NCBI RefSeq assembly: GCF_002105155.1 | Contig: NW_019028979.1 | Location: forward strand, 186,001 to 250,000 | Origin: Lobosporangium transversale | Lineage: Eukaryota | Direction: 5' to 3' | Length of the DNA stretch: 64,000 bases | Shown: positions 50,948 to 64,000 of the stretch, piece after piece | Layout: every line of letters begins with the position of its first letter | Numbering within the stretch: the stretch's first letter is position 1 | Notes under the pieces: generated by a model | Database searches by the model: none | Told to the model about the DNA's origin: nothing | The model's input: only the letters and a program-made list of their open reading frames with translations | Position numbers and translations under genes: made by a program

Positions 50948-51287
50948 ATTACGAACCTGTTCAATAGCAACAACAATACTGCTAATACTGCTCCTCCGTT
51001 TTGATCATAATACTTCTTCCTCGCGACTATTTGAATCCTTTCATCAAGTTCAAATCATCCTCCATGCCCCAATAAAATGATATCTGTTTTTATCCCATGT
51101 TAAGAGTTTGTGCATTGACTCAATGTAACAAAATACAAATTTTTGATCATTGCTTGAGAAATTTTCTTCTCATTTTGTTGACTTCACCAACCCTTGATTC
51201 AGAAGCCTTGGTAGAGGAAAAAGGCTAATCTTCAACAAAGCAACTTTTATAAGCTACCATAAAGAAGAACACAATAGCAACAGCCTA

Positions 51288-52971
51288 ATGGCGACACCGG
51301 CGCTATTTTTCAATGCGCTTTCAATAGTCCTGGGTTCATTCCAATATGGTCATCATATTGGTGAACTCAATTCACCTCAGAAGGTCATCACAACCTGTCC
51401 AGAACCACTGTATCCTGATCCGTCAACGCTAGGGGACCACTTGAACGAATGGATTGAAACAGATGGCTCATTACCGTCATGTATTCCCATGACAAACGCA
51501 GAATGGTCTGTGTTGGTAGCAACATTGACCCTGGGTGGACTTTTTGGAGCCTTGTTTGTAGGGTCACGACTGGCAGACCGATGGGGTCGAAGGACCGCGC
51601 TGATGCTCAACAATGTATCCTTATTGTTGGGATCCTTGATCATGGGTTGTGCCTCAGCTTACACCACCATGTTAGTAGGCCGGTTTCTGATTGGTATAGG
51701 ATGCGGAAACGTGACAGTGATTGTGCCCATGTACCTTGCTGAGGTCTCGCCACCAGAGCTACGTGGATCCTTGGGTAGGCTTCAGTTCCGTACCTGCGTT
51801 TTTTTTTTTTTTTTTTTTTTTTTTTCCTTTCATAGTATCATTATTATTTTTTTCCATGTCAATCAGTAGGTAGCATCTAAGCAGCATCTCGTTTTTTTTT
51901 CCTCTCTTATGAAAACTAATAGGAGTAACGAATCAACTGGGCATTGTCGTGGGCATTTTATTCTCACAAGCTCTAGGGCTCTTTCTGTCCACACCCACAG
52001 GATGGCGAGTGATTTTACTCGCAGGTGCAGTCATATCGTTCCTTCAGGTACTTCTGCTTCCTTTTTGTGTAGAATCACCCCGATACCTGGCACTTCAACC
52101 TGGTGGAGCAATGAAGGCTAAGCGCGCACTTCAAATTTTACGTGGACGGCAAGATGTGGCCAAGGAGATCCGGGACTGGACTCGTCAAGATGATCGCGCT
52201 GCTGAGGCTGAAGAGGAAGGCCTGAACGATCCAAGCGACTCGCTCTTGGCTGACGGTGCAGGAGGAAGCACTACGGCAGACGAAGGTCAGCCTCTGCAGC
52301 CAGCAAAGGCATACAGCCATTCTGGAAGAGCCATTTCTGTAATCGAGTTTGTATCGATACCTCGGTACCGTCGACCGGCTATTATCCTGTTGTTAGTCCA
52401 GCTTTCACAGCAGTTGTCGGGTATCAATGGAGTAGTTTTTTATTCAACTGCCATCATGTCACAAATCTTACCCTCGTCCAGTGCCATGATCACAGTGTAC
52501 ATTTCGATTGTAAACGTGATCATGACGCTAGTAGCAGCTTATCTTATGGATAGAGCAAACCGACGTACATTGCTTTTGACGTCTGGTACTGCTATGGCAG
52601 TGGCCTCATTTCTTTTGGCACTCTCGCTTAATTACCAGATTCCGGTACTTTCTGCTATCTCTATTATTGCGTTTGTGGCGTCATTCGCGATTGGTCTAGG
52701 TCCAATCCCTTTCCTGATTATTCCAGAAGTGGTGGATACGGTCGCGGTGGCAAGTGCCTCTGCATTTGCATTGTCGGTCAACTTTGTGAGCAACTTTATA
52801 GTAGCGGCTATGTTTTTGAAATTACAAGAGTGGTGGGGCGGAAATGTGTTTTATTTCTTCTTTCTGTTACTGGTGATTCTGACCATGGCCATGAACAAGA
52901 TCATCCCCGAGACTAAGGGCAAGACTGTGGAGGAAGTAGCGCGTTCTTGGCAACCATCACGTATCCATTAG
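51288..52971 (+). CDS. MFS sugar porter (GLUT-like); 2 exons
   Basis: GSFQYG, ADRWGRR, GRFLIG, PMYLAEVSPPELRG, ESPRYL, QQLSGING, DRANRR, GLGPIP and PETKG. Intron ~51775-51921. Confidence 0.92.
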
Positions 52972-55206
52972 TTTGTCAGTGTATCATAGACTTGATGAAG
53001 GAGAGAGAAGTAAATAGCTTTGAATAAAAGATACCATCATTTTGACACCATGGCTTTGGTATTTTTTCTTCTTGAGTCCAACTGATGTTGTGTTGCTCTC
53101 AGTGCTCATTGCACTCTCTAAATGAGCTCCTGTCCCCCTTTCCTTTCGTGAATACAGGGCTGAAGAGCCTAAATCGCCCGATTCTTTCATATCACGATCG
53201 TAATGAAAATCACCCCCACAAAAAAAAAAAAAAAAAAAAAAAAGTGCTAGAGCCAGAGCTAGAGCCAGAGATAGAGTAATATTAAGAGCAAGAGCTAGAG
53301 AAGGCGTAGTCCATGCCAGTCTAGAAGGTTAAAAAACTGAAGTGACGATAGATGATGACAGGTCGTGCATAGTTGTGTCTGTCACACAAAAAAGCGAACA
53401 AGTTATGGAAGCCGACCATTTCAGGAAAGAAAAACGTGCATGCTTACTTGCGTTTACAATTGATGAATACAAGCCACAAACCATGTCTGCAGCCCTGAAC
53501 TCGTGCATAAATATATAATATATTTGTACCATGGCAAAAAAGAAAACATCGCCATATTGTTAATAGATCTTTATACAGCTGTTTGCTCTTTGTTGTTTTA
53601 AGTAATACAAATATATCGTACATGTGCAGTACATGGACATGACCTGCGGTGACATGCAAAATAAACTAATAGCCTACCTGCTCAGAGTGTGAATATTCAG
53701 AAAACAAGTTTGTTCTTGTCAAGGATGGTTTCTTTGTGACCCACATGTTATTTTAATATAACCTTCGAATGGAATTTTCATTGTTATTCTGGTCTTGCGA
53801 AGTCAATCTTTTCTACTGTTAACGTGGCTGGCCTGCTTCTTTCTTATATTTTGAGCTAGACAAATGAGAGGATGAGAAAGTGAGAGAGAGAAAGCAAATG
53901 GAACTTCCTGTTTTTTTTAAAATGTGGCATTGGGTATACACAAGCAATTGGCCGTTTTTTCCTACTTTTTATTTGTTTATTATTATTATTTCATTATTTT
54001 GTATTACTATTGCGGCAACCGTTATTACTCTGTGTTTGAAACAACGTTACTGTTCCTTAGAATGCTTGTCCCTGTTAGATTTCGTCGCATCACCGCTGTT
54101 GGTGTGTGCGCTTTTGGGCAGGGACCAGCCTAGTGCTCAGTGCGGTCAAATACATGTGTAGAGAAATATTTCTTAGTCTTAAAACGACGATTGAATTGAA
54201 TTAGTACAGACTTTTTATATTTCGGCACCCGTGACGATCTTGCGACAAGAAGGCTAATTAGCTGCAAGGTTATATATACAAATATATCCGGTCATGGCGT
54301 TAGACAAAATGGAGCAATAACAGCAGATCGAGCACCATTGGAGAAGGAAAAAAGTTTTATTATTCAATTGATTTAGCATCGCCCGATGGGTACATGTAAC
54401 TTTTTCTATTCATTTTACTATTTACTTGTATGGAGAAAAACAAATATTATATACTTCTCCACATGTACATGTCCATGTACAGACAGGACGACTGAATAGC
54501 TATTTAATAATGTTACGGAGGTGTGCCGCGAGGGTCCTAATCGGACTAGAGTTGTACCTGGTCGATGGTGCATGCTAAGCAACACACTCATTTACCCCTT
54601 TTTATCCCTTTTTTTCTTGCTTACTTGTTGCCGTCTTCGTTTCCATGGCTGACTAGAGTTGTTGATGTTGAGGCTGTGAAATAGGAGAGCACAGATCGAG
54701 CCATCATTAACTGCAATGGTCCTCGCAAATGAAAATGGGTGAGGTAAAGAGATGTAGCAAGGATACAATCACTTTGGAGATAAAGCCCTGTGCCGTTTTT
54801 TTTTTTTTTTTTTTGTCTTAGTTGCTCTCTTTGCTGTTATGTTTGCTCTTGCTCGCATGACTCCAACTAAAGCAAGGAATATGTCTTGTCTATATGAATA
54901 GCAATCTAGTCTCTCCAGTAACTCTTTGCTTTTTCATTTCTCTTTCTTTTATTTCCCTTTTTGCTTCTCCACTCTACTCTTTCCACTTTTCTCCTTCTTC
55001 TCCATTTCTCATTTCCCTTTATTTGTTCATTTCTTCTTTCTGTCTCATTCGTGTCTGTCCCTTTATTTTTATTTTTTCTGTGTCGCACCAAGTAGACATT
55101 AAATTGCTAAATTTCCCTGTCGAACGCGCCCCCCTCAACACGCCTTTCTCCACCCATTTTAAACGAGCTGCATCTATCCTATTTTACTTTTTTATAACAT
55201 CCAACC

Positions 55207-58193
55207 ATGTCTTTGCCCCCTCCTCCTCGCAGGATACCATCTGTATCATCAAACGCCACCACAAGGCGCCCAAAAGTTAATCCCAATTCCTTGGCCTTGA
55301 CCACCCTGGATCAACATCAGGAGGTCGACGATCAAAATGTCGACAAAGCCCTGCTTGAACTCTTGTCAAATACATGTCTTGACCATGGGCAGGACCGAGA
55401 TTATATTCGACAACACTTCTCCAACCATTATCACCATCCCCAATGTAAGTTCTATACGCGCCGACGCAGCATTACTAGTGACTCGAGTCTCGGCTCTGGT
55501 TCCGAGATCTATTCCACCTCCACAGGAGGCTCCCAAGAAAATCAAAGAACAAGTCAAGCAACCCATTCTCCTCTCTTCCCAGAGCTGAGTGCTGAGCCCA
55601 TACCAGCTGCCTCCCCTTTACTTGCAACATCTCCCATGTATTTTAATAGTAGCAATAACAACCACAACGCAGTTTCATTTTCGACAGGGCCATGTCTGTC
55701 CTGCCAGTCATATTCTTGCCCTTCTATAATAGCTCAGGAGGAAAAGAAGGGCAAGGATGGAGTAGAAAAGACAGCGACCACACTGTTTTGTCCTAGGGGG
55801 AGTAGTGAGGTTGGTATGGAAGGGACAGCCCCGTTCTCATCCTCATGCAGTTACTGCTCCAGTCTAATTGCGAGAAGTAATAGTAGCACAAGCATGATGA
55901 TGACGGATGACAGTCGCAGTACAAGTGATATGAGCGTGGTGAGTACTCTGCATGCACATGGCCTCCAACACTTATTATTCGATGACCAACGGCTAAAGCA
56001 TCTCCGAACTCTTGTCCCGAGCGAAGTGCGACGACGGCTGAGTTTCCATCTGGATGAGTGCTGGTTTGTACACTTTTCACCTTCGGCTGAATATATGGCC
56101 TCTATTGGTCTCGATCATACAATCAATCTCTGGAAAGACTTGACGGTAAGTTAAAAAGCTCTCTTTCTTATTCTCTCTGTCTTGGCTCCCACCCCCTCTA
56201 AAAAAAATTTGGCCAGTGAACTAATGGAAGGGACATTTCGGGGTTGAGTACACAAATATGCATTGTATCCGCACATCCGCACATCCGTGGGAGACAAAGT
56301 GGTCGATCTTTATTTTCGCTTTTGTTTATATTTGTCTGGCACTAACATGCCGACTTGTCAACAATACATTATTTTTTCAAGTATACACATTTGTTGAGGG
56401 CATCCTTCCCTCCCTCGTCTTGGTTGATGTTTTTCAACTGAATGGAATAAAATAAAAATCTATGATTAGGTTGGGTAGTCAAAAGAGAGAAAGAATTAGA
56501 TTAGGAAACACGAAGAAAAAATAATATTCGGGTTAAGAGAATGTCATGCCAAGGATTGCAACGAAAGAATTAAAATGCTGGTTGGATGGTTGATTGAACC
56601 TAGAAACTACACCTGTTTTTTTTTTCTTTCAATATTGCCACTATTCTAACGCCGCAATGTCCCTTCCATATCGACACCTAAATAATTTAGACTCCAGATC
56701 CAAGCGTGTACAAAACATTCAGCTTCCCTAGAACAGCGACACATGTGGAATGGTCTCCTGACAGTAAATACGTTCTCGCGAATTTTGGTAATGATATCTT
56801 TCGACCGGAGCTAATCCCAGAAGTGAATCTCATTGACGTTGAGGTAGGTCTGGGTCTACAAAATATGATAGAAGCTAGTTTAACTTTATTTTTAATTACC
56901 CAATACAAGTCTCCTTACCTTTTTATTTTTATATTCATTTGTGCGTACATACACTTGCATACAAACTTGCAGAACGGCGAAATCCTGATCAAAAGGAGTT
57001 ATAAGAATGACTTTGGGTACGTTTGGGCAAACGCCATCGGCTGGTTCTCCGATTCTGAACGTTTTGTTACTGCCCTTGACGATGGTCTCTATTGCATCTG
57101 GGTAAAGATACATATATAATTCACAGCTGCTTCAAAACATGTGCGCACTTTATTTTTGTTCGTTTTCCTCGCAATGAATAAGCTGTATATTAAGCTTAAG
57201 AAATCTTTTTTTTTTTTTTTTTTTTTTTTTTCTTTATGAATATATTTAGAATGTGAATGGGGAAATGGTCAAAGAATATGCCATGGATAATGATCTTACT
57301 GCGAGACATATGAAAATGATTCCAGGAAGGGATGAGGCTGTCATCTTGACTAAGGCACATACTATAGAGATCATCTCATTTGAGGAGACTGTGATTGCGA
57401 GGTAAACTATGCACTCTATTTTTCTTTTAAATAAAAGATAGGGTAAACTGGATACTAACAGTAATCTATCAATTCAATGGATTGACTCTTTACAGGAGAC
57501 TTGACAGCTCTATTTCGATCACTATGTCAATGACAATTTCTCCAGATGGGTCCTATATGGCGCTTGGGTCAAAGGTAAATGCTTATTTAAGATGGAGGCT
57601 AAAGAGGAAATTATTTTTAATGTGATGATATCACGTACCTAAGTATCACTTTATTTTTATTTTTATTTTTTATTTTTTAGACTGACAAGGAGCTTCTTCG
57701 CCCAGCACAGATTTTGCTTTATGATCTCAGATCCATGACATTCATGAGATCATTTGAGGCTGACTCATATATGAATCAGACATTTGTGATTATCCCAGCC
57801 TTTGTCGGACCTAACCAGGAACTTTTATGCGCAGGATCTGAGAATGGCAAGTTGCATTTCTGGGATATCGAGTCAGGAGAGCTTGTGGAAGTATTGGAGG
57901 AGCACATGATGCATGCAGGATGCGTGAGCGTCAATCCGAAGTATCCAGGCATGATTTCCTCCTGTAGCGATGATAATACCATCATTATGTACGATTTTTT
58001 TTTTTTTTTTTTTTTTAAATGTAAAATCTTGAAGTTAGCTCTTTTTTACTAATTCTTTTTTTCATTTTGCTGTCATGTTTATAGTTGGGCAACAAAGGAG
58101 CTGCAGCTCGAGTTTCGAGAGGATGATGAAAAGTGGATTCAGGAGCATTCAGCCATTGCCATGCCAGCCATTGAGATCAAGAAGGGATGGTAA
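55207..58193 (+). CDS. WD40 protein resembling the WDR26/Gid7 propeller, with Ser-rich N-terminus; ~8 exons
   Basis: HLDECWFVHFSPSAEYMASIG..., HVEWSPDSKY, GWFSDSERFV, FVIIPAFVGPNQELLCAGSENGKLHFWD..CVSVNPKYPGMISSCSDDNTII|IWA, ending IKKGW*. Canonical introns. Confidence 0.8.
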
Positions 58194-58274
58194 AGCAAGC
58201 GCCTATCTTGAGAGCGTCCCTTCATGTCTTGCCGTCTTGCCATGAGCCTTTTTCTCTTTCTTTTTCTTTCTTTC

Positions 58275-58305
<31 letters not shown>

Positions 58306-59435
58306 CAATGTACCATACTTTCTCTTCAGTGTACCATCATATATATATATACAATACTTGGGCTAGTTTATGCATTTAGACAGTCCAATAAAGACATTCG
58401 CATGTAGTTTAGATTTAAGCCAAAAACAGGTTTCGTGATGATGACTAAAAATGCATTGGTATTTATACACGTAAAATAAACAACGCGATTAAAGTTCAGG
58501 GAGTAAACTAATTTACAAAGAGACAACGCATCTATCTCTCCATATTTGTAAATGTTTGTGTGCTTACAAAATGTGCATAAACTGGCTATGCTTGAATTGG
58601 CTCAAAAGTCTCCAGGTCTTCAACTACCAATATCTTAAAGCTTGCTGCGAAAGGATTAACTTATATAAGTATATCCTATCTATTTTCTTTTAATAAATTG
58701 TTTCTATTTAATTAATAAGCAACACGTTTTGCGCAAGTATGGCTCTTTTTTTTCTTCCTGCACCCCCAAAGCCGAACGCCAGCTTCTGGACACAAGGCAA
58801 AAAGGCCGAAGCTAAGCGATACATGAGGACATTTCCCGTGTCAACTTGAATAAAACTTGACTGAAGTATCATCGGTGGATTGATGAAAAAACTAGGGGAC
58901 ATATTTAGACTTGGACCGATATGCAAGATAAACTTTTTTTATTTAAAAAAAAAAAAAATAGTTGATGCCCCTAGGACTCGCTAGAAGTTTGGCAATTACA
59001 AGTGAGACAACAGCAATCTATTTGGGTGTAGTATACAGAAATGGTGCTCATAGCAATAGAAGGAGATCCAATCTTCAAGAGGCAATAAGAGATAAAAAAA
59101 AAAGTCGTTTAGTCCGAGCTCAAAATAGCGTGCCGAAGATCATGTTTTGGTGTATAAATTAGGAAAAAGCTGAAAGCAAGGGGTTCGCTGCTCATTTGTG
59201 GTAAATGAGCCAAAAAACTCATACTTTTACTTTTTTCTGACCAACATTTTCAATAACATGCGATATTATATAAGTTGGGATATTGTTGGAGGCGCGTCGG
59301 CGGCCTCGCCATATAGCGTGACTATTTTTATTCTATCTCAGCCACAAAATTGACCCTTAATTGGATGGATTTGCACGTTCAATAAGTTCAATCCGTCTGC
59401 GCATTGTTTTGGAAATCCCTTTCACAATTTGCAAA

Positions 59436-60813
59436 ATGGCTGCCCTCTACTCGGTCACCGTTAAGGACATCAACGCTCACGACTTCAACCGTGCTTACGC
59501 CGCTTATCTCAAGCGGTGAGTAGAAGAGAGGAAATCATAATGGAGGGGCCGAAAATAACTTTCTGAAAAGACTCAGTCGGATCAGTGACATTGGGATAGA
59601 CGTTAGATCATGTGCCATGGAGTTATGCTGCATTTTTTTTTTTTTTAAATTTGAGATTCAACATTTCACAAAATTGAAACGAGGGTCAGGAATGAATCAT
59701 CAATGAAACTATAATTCTCATGCCATCGCTGTCATCATTTTTTTTTTTTTTTTTTTTTCGGATCATTAGCTCTGGCAAGCTCGAGATCCCTAAGTGGGTT
59801 GATCTTGTTAAGACCGGCACCAACAAGGAGTTGGCCCCTTATGATCCTGATTGGTTCTACATCCGTGCGGGTAATGCATCTCAACCTTACCATCATTTTG
59901 AAACAGTGGATTAATACAGGAAAAAAAAGTCATTTTTACAATACACCGGACATCATCGAATCATTCAACATGTGTTAATTTACATTGGCAGAGCCCGAAA
60001 GCACTTTTCTCACTTACTGGATGACATTTGATTCCAACTGCAACCCACACTTCAGCTAACTCAGCATACTACTCAAATTTATAACCAGAAGAGTCAACAG
60101 TGCATTATCACCCATATCTGGAAACTTTAACAGATGTACCATCGACAACCGTATTTAGACTTTAGGTAGCAGTTTTTTAAAGCATCCTGTTGACTGCCAT
60201 GTAGGCCTTACAATGACTGCAGGATATGTTTTTTGTTGAGCTGCTATCCAGTCAAGAAACTACAGGAGCTTTTTATTTCGGAGAAGACTACCACGGCTTC
60301 TTTTTTTTTTTTAATAACGACTATCATCGACATAGGATATGAATACAAAAAGAACTCAAAGTTATTTATCAACTCATCTCATGATCGATCATCTACCAAC
60401 GAGACTAACAATCTCATGGTTTATTATTATTACTTTTATTCAGCCTCTGTCGCCCGCCACATTTACCTCCGTCGCAGCGTCGGTGTCGGTGCTCTTAAGA
60501 AGCTCCACGGTGGTACGGTTAACCGCGGTTCCCGCCCTTCTCACCATGTGAACTCCTCAGGTTCTATTGCTCGCAAGGTTCTCCAAGCCTTGGAAAAGAT
60601 TAACGTTGTTGAGGCTGACGAGAACGGGTAATTTTTATTTTTGTATTATTCTGCTCTTGAACAGAATTAATAACAACAAGTAATCTTGGAAATGCTAATT
60701 TTTTTTTTTTTTTTTTTTTTTTTTCTGAATTAAATAGTGGCCGCAAGATCACCGTTGATGGCCAGCGTGATTTGGACCGCATTGCTGCTTCTGTTGCTCA
60801 GACTCAGGCTTAA
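59436..60813 (+). CDS. RPS19: 40S ribosomal protein S19 (eS19); 4 exons
   Basis: [77 protein letters not shown]..|[16 protein letters not shown]. Confidence 0.97.
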
Positions 60814-61802
60814 ATGTTGATTTATCCCACTATTCAACCTGAAATAAATCGTCGCATTTTGAATTTGATTGCGCATGTTTGATTGTTAAAAAAAGGAAAG
60901 CAAATGTCAATGTACTATGCTTTGACTAAAAGTATCTTGTTTAATTCATATAAATACCTTTCATCTACGTAAGCATATTTCCGCGTAGCTTTTCTACTCT
61001 CTGTGCTGCTCATAGAAGAGATGGCAGCTCAACAATGATGCTATTAAGCATTCCTGTTTTCCTTTTGTTACAGCGTTTGTATGAGAAAGCATACAAAAAA
61101 AACAAAAACAAAGACGAAATAGAGTGGTACCAAGTAATAAATTCAGCTTTCTTTTTATTTCATACTCCTTCTTGTTTTCTAAACATCTACACCAGCAAGA
61201 TAAACAGCATTTATTTCCCATTTAAATGAAACCCTTTAGGATCTGCCTTTAACTTATATCATATCTTTAGATCGTAAGCTTTCACATGAAGAATATACAG
61301 GCGTAAAAAATAAAATAAAAAAAAGCCACGATTTAGTTCTTTGGAGCACAGCCACCAACCTCAGAAATACAAGTTGCTTTGCTACGCATAGGCACACAAA
61401 ATGTCACTTTTTTTTTTGTTTCAGGCAAGTTCAGAAAACTGTCTCGCGCTAGCGGCCGTAGGGGTAATAGTATGTGGTGCCATGACATCCGTGACATTAA
61501 CATGGAGTCGTCATAGAGGTCTGGTTAATGACTAGTATGATCCATCGTGGCGCTGCCGTGACACCTTTCGAAATCTTAGGGAATTGGCGATTGAATAAGG
61601 AAATATAGCCATATCAACAAGAGTGAGGATTATTCTTGATAATGCGGGAGAAGGCTGTGTAATTGAATATATAATGAACTAAGCTGCCTCCCTACCCGTT
61701 GTTGGAGACTACTTTGACGTTGAACGTTCCTAAAATAAGCCTCAACATATTGGAAAGTGTCAAACTATATGCGACTAAGGCATAATTAACAACGAACATA
61801 GT

Positions 61803-61834
<32 letters not shown>

Positions 61835-62793
61835 ATTGCAGGTCTTTGGAAGTGTTTTGAAGGAATCTGGTTCAAGCGCTGTCATCCCCCTATTTCCCTC
61901 GAAAATGCGACCAAAGGGAAACCAGCATTTTCTGCATCGCTTGAACAGTAGGGTTGAAATAGCACACAAAAAATCTCTAAACTAGATGTTCCTGAAGCTT
62001 AATCAGCTCTTCAGAGGATAAAATAACTAATGCTCCCATTTGGACAGGTAGTAATAAAAAAGGTGTTCAGGAGGAACTTCTCTAATGACTCCAAATCATC
62101 CAGGCCATGTTTGAAGGACGTTGAAATCGTCTACGTTGTTTAGAATTCCCTTAATGTCATCGTTTATATTGACTGAAGCCTCAAGTATCCATTCTGGCTC
62201 AGTTACACCTGATTACATGTCAAGAAGGCAATGCGACGTGAAGGGAGACAGTTGACCATCATTTAAGATAAATGAAACGATGAGTTCTCAGAAGTAATCT
62301 AATGGACAATTTCACTAGCCAAAAAAAAAAAAAAAAAAAAAAAAAAAGTATTGACCATTATTCTTGTAATGAGGATGAGGAGAGGCGAGTAGAAGGCATT
62401 CTAAATGGCTAGACAATGGAATGTTTACCTGTATCCACATTTTTACTCGATGTATGCATATTCTCAAGGGAAAAAGACGACAAATGTTGTCCATAATTAA
62501 GTATCAACTCATGAAGATATCTATAGAAAAGATTACGAACTATCAATATACATGCTTTTATTACCAACGAGAAATAAAGAACAAGTAGCAGTACTCAAGA
62601 TTTAGACATATTTTAAAGGTTCGTTTTTTAAGATGCCAAGTTTATTATGAAAATGCGTAATGTGTTGTTATACAATAGGAAAATGCAAGTGGGGTATGTG
62701 AACTTGTACGTGCAGGAATATCTGGGACCTTGGTTCATTGGATATACTCTTGTAGGAATGATAAATTAAGCACAGGCGACTTGATCGGCTTTT

Positions 62794-63012
62794 TTACATT
62801 CTTGCCATAGCCAAAGCTTGCATATGACCCATACAACCCTTCTGAGAGAGCATTTCCAAGCCGGTATTGGGGGAGAGGAGATGGGCATTTGCCTTGTCGA
62901 CAACCGCGGAGATATCAGAAGCATTGAGCTGAACCGAAGTACGAGGAGTTTGTGCAGGCGTGGTAGCAGCCGAGGTGGTCTTGTTCTTGTTGGACTTCTT
63001 GAAGAAAGGCAT
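62794..63012 (-). CDS. Small hypothetical protein (72 aa), intronless
   Basis: MPFFKKSNKNKTTSAATTPAQTPRTSVQ...AMARM*. Start context ACAATC-ATG, TATAAATA about 120 bp upstream, C-ending codon bias like the highly expressed genes here. Confidence 0.65.
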   Translation of the reverse strand: MPFFKKSNKNKTTSAATTPAQTPRTSVQLNASDISAVVDKANAHLLSPNTGLEMLSQKGCMGHMQALAMARM

Positions 63013-63129
63013 GATTGTTACAATGTATAGGCTGTAGTTGTAGTTATGAGTGTAGTTGCGGATTGATTGTTTTTGTTTTTTGTTCTGATGTGAGTGAGTG
63101 AGTGAAGGGAAGTGCATGGATCAACAGGG

Positions 63130-63137
63130 TATTTATA
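63130..63137 (-). promoter_or_regulatory. TATA box of the small ORF
   Basis: TATAAATA on the minus strand upstream of the ATG at 63012. Confidence 0.5.
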
Positions 63138-64000
63138 TGTTTGTTTCTCTTGCTTGTTGTCATCGTGTCATTACATTAGCATTGGTGCTGAGTTTCAATC
63201 TCTGACCTGAACCGTGCGGGGTGTAGATTTTTCATATCCTTTTTAATGCAGCCGCAACTGCTTGTAGCCTATTCTATGCTCCGCTTAAAAAAAAAAACAA
63301 ATAAAGACTCCGGCCATTCTTCTGTTTATGCGGCAATTTCACACGGTGTAAAAATAGCAAACAACAAATGAACAAGACGGACGAGGTTATGCTAAACACG
63401 TTGGTTGTTTTTGCATGAACGATCGCTTTTCTAACTGACTATGAAAGTGATCCTTGACCTTGTCTCTTTTAAACATCGGCTGTTTTCCTCCTGCTTTTTC
63501 AGAGTCAGCTCACTGAACATTGGTGAAATATTAGGCGATGTGGCGACTGCGTCGCAACATAATCCAAACTTTTATTTCACCCCAAGACTAGAATCTTTTA
63601 CTTCTCCACACCTATGCTTTGATCATAATGCTTTCAATCCTTCTGTATGCTTCTTATAGTTTGTCCATTGTCCTATCATTTATAGAAGATTACTATTTGC
63701 ATATTGACTTCAAGACCTGTCTATTGTCTTCATATTCAGAGCGACGCATAGTTTCTCTCTATACGCCCCCTGCACCGAGTCCATCCAAAGATTAGGAAAT
63801 ATTTAACGGAGCGATCATTTATGGGCAATCAAGGGGTTTTTTTTATTCTTTTGACTCCGAGACTTTGAAACAAATCTTTGATGGAACTCAACTGTCCTTA
63901 AACTCGTATTCAATCAATAGGCTAAAAAATTATTACGCTACAGTGACAGAGCAAAAAAAAATTCTTTACTCTCTAATTTCTATCGCCTTCTAAATTATAT

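Noticed and set aside
61865..61890. GGTTCAAG resembling a tRNA T-loop
   Set aside because: The flanks do not form a T-stem or cloverleaf.
61940..61960. AACCCTA on the minus strand just upstream of a pseudoknot-like fold, suggesting a telomerase RNA
   Set aside because: Only 7 nt of template-like sequence, and the loops are too short for the U-A-U triple-helix pseudoknot. Insufficient support.

Overview
Gene-dense, intron-rich eukaryotic DNA with many long poly(A)/poly(T) tracts. Gene content and style suggest an early-diverging fungus, probably Mucoromycota/Mortierellaceae-like (inference). I assembled about 17 protein-coding genes by hand: a partial unknown gene, an ITFG2 (KICSTOR subunit) homologue with a very long disordered tail, an orphan gene, CENP-X/Mhf2, an APSES-ankyrin MBF/SBF subunit, a multi-LIM protein, a BAR-SH3 protein, a Rab5/Vps21 GTPase, SMU1, lanosterol synthase ERG7, NST1, the mitochondrial ATPase inhibitor IF1 (absent from the ORF track), succinyl-CoA ligase alpha, an MFS sugar porter, a WDR26/Gid7-like WD40 protein, RPS19 and a small 72-aa ORF. 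No tRNA, rRNA or CRISPR array was seen. Main observations: (1) a decayed TnpB/Fanzor-like RuvC nuclease gene (~46.8-48 kb, minus strand) between the head-to-head mitochondrial genes IF1 and LSC1; (2) a densely base-paired region with alternative folds in the GC-AG first intron of LSC1; (3) three GC-AG introns, one in the splicing factor SMU1; (4) animal-type components (ITFG2, E2F-like sites, an MPRIP/PEAK1-like Cys/His motif). Exon boundaries and family assignments come from manual reading and remembered family motifs, not from database searches.
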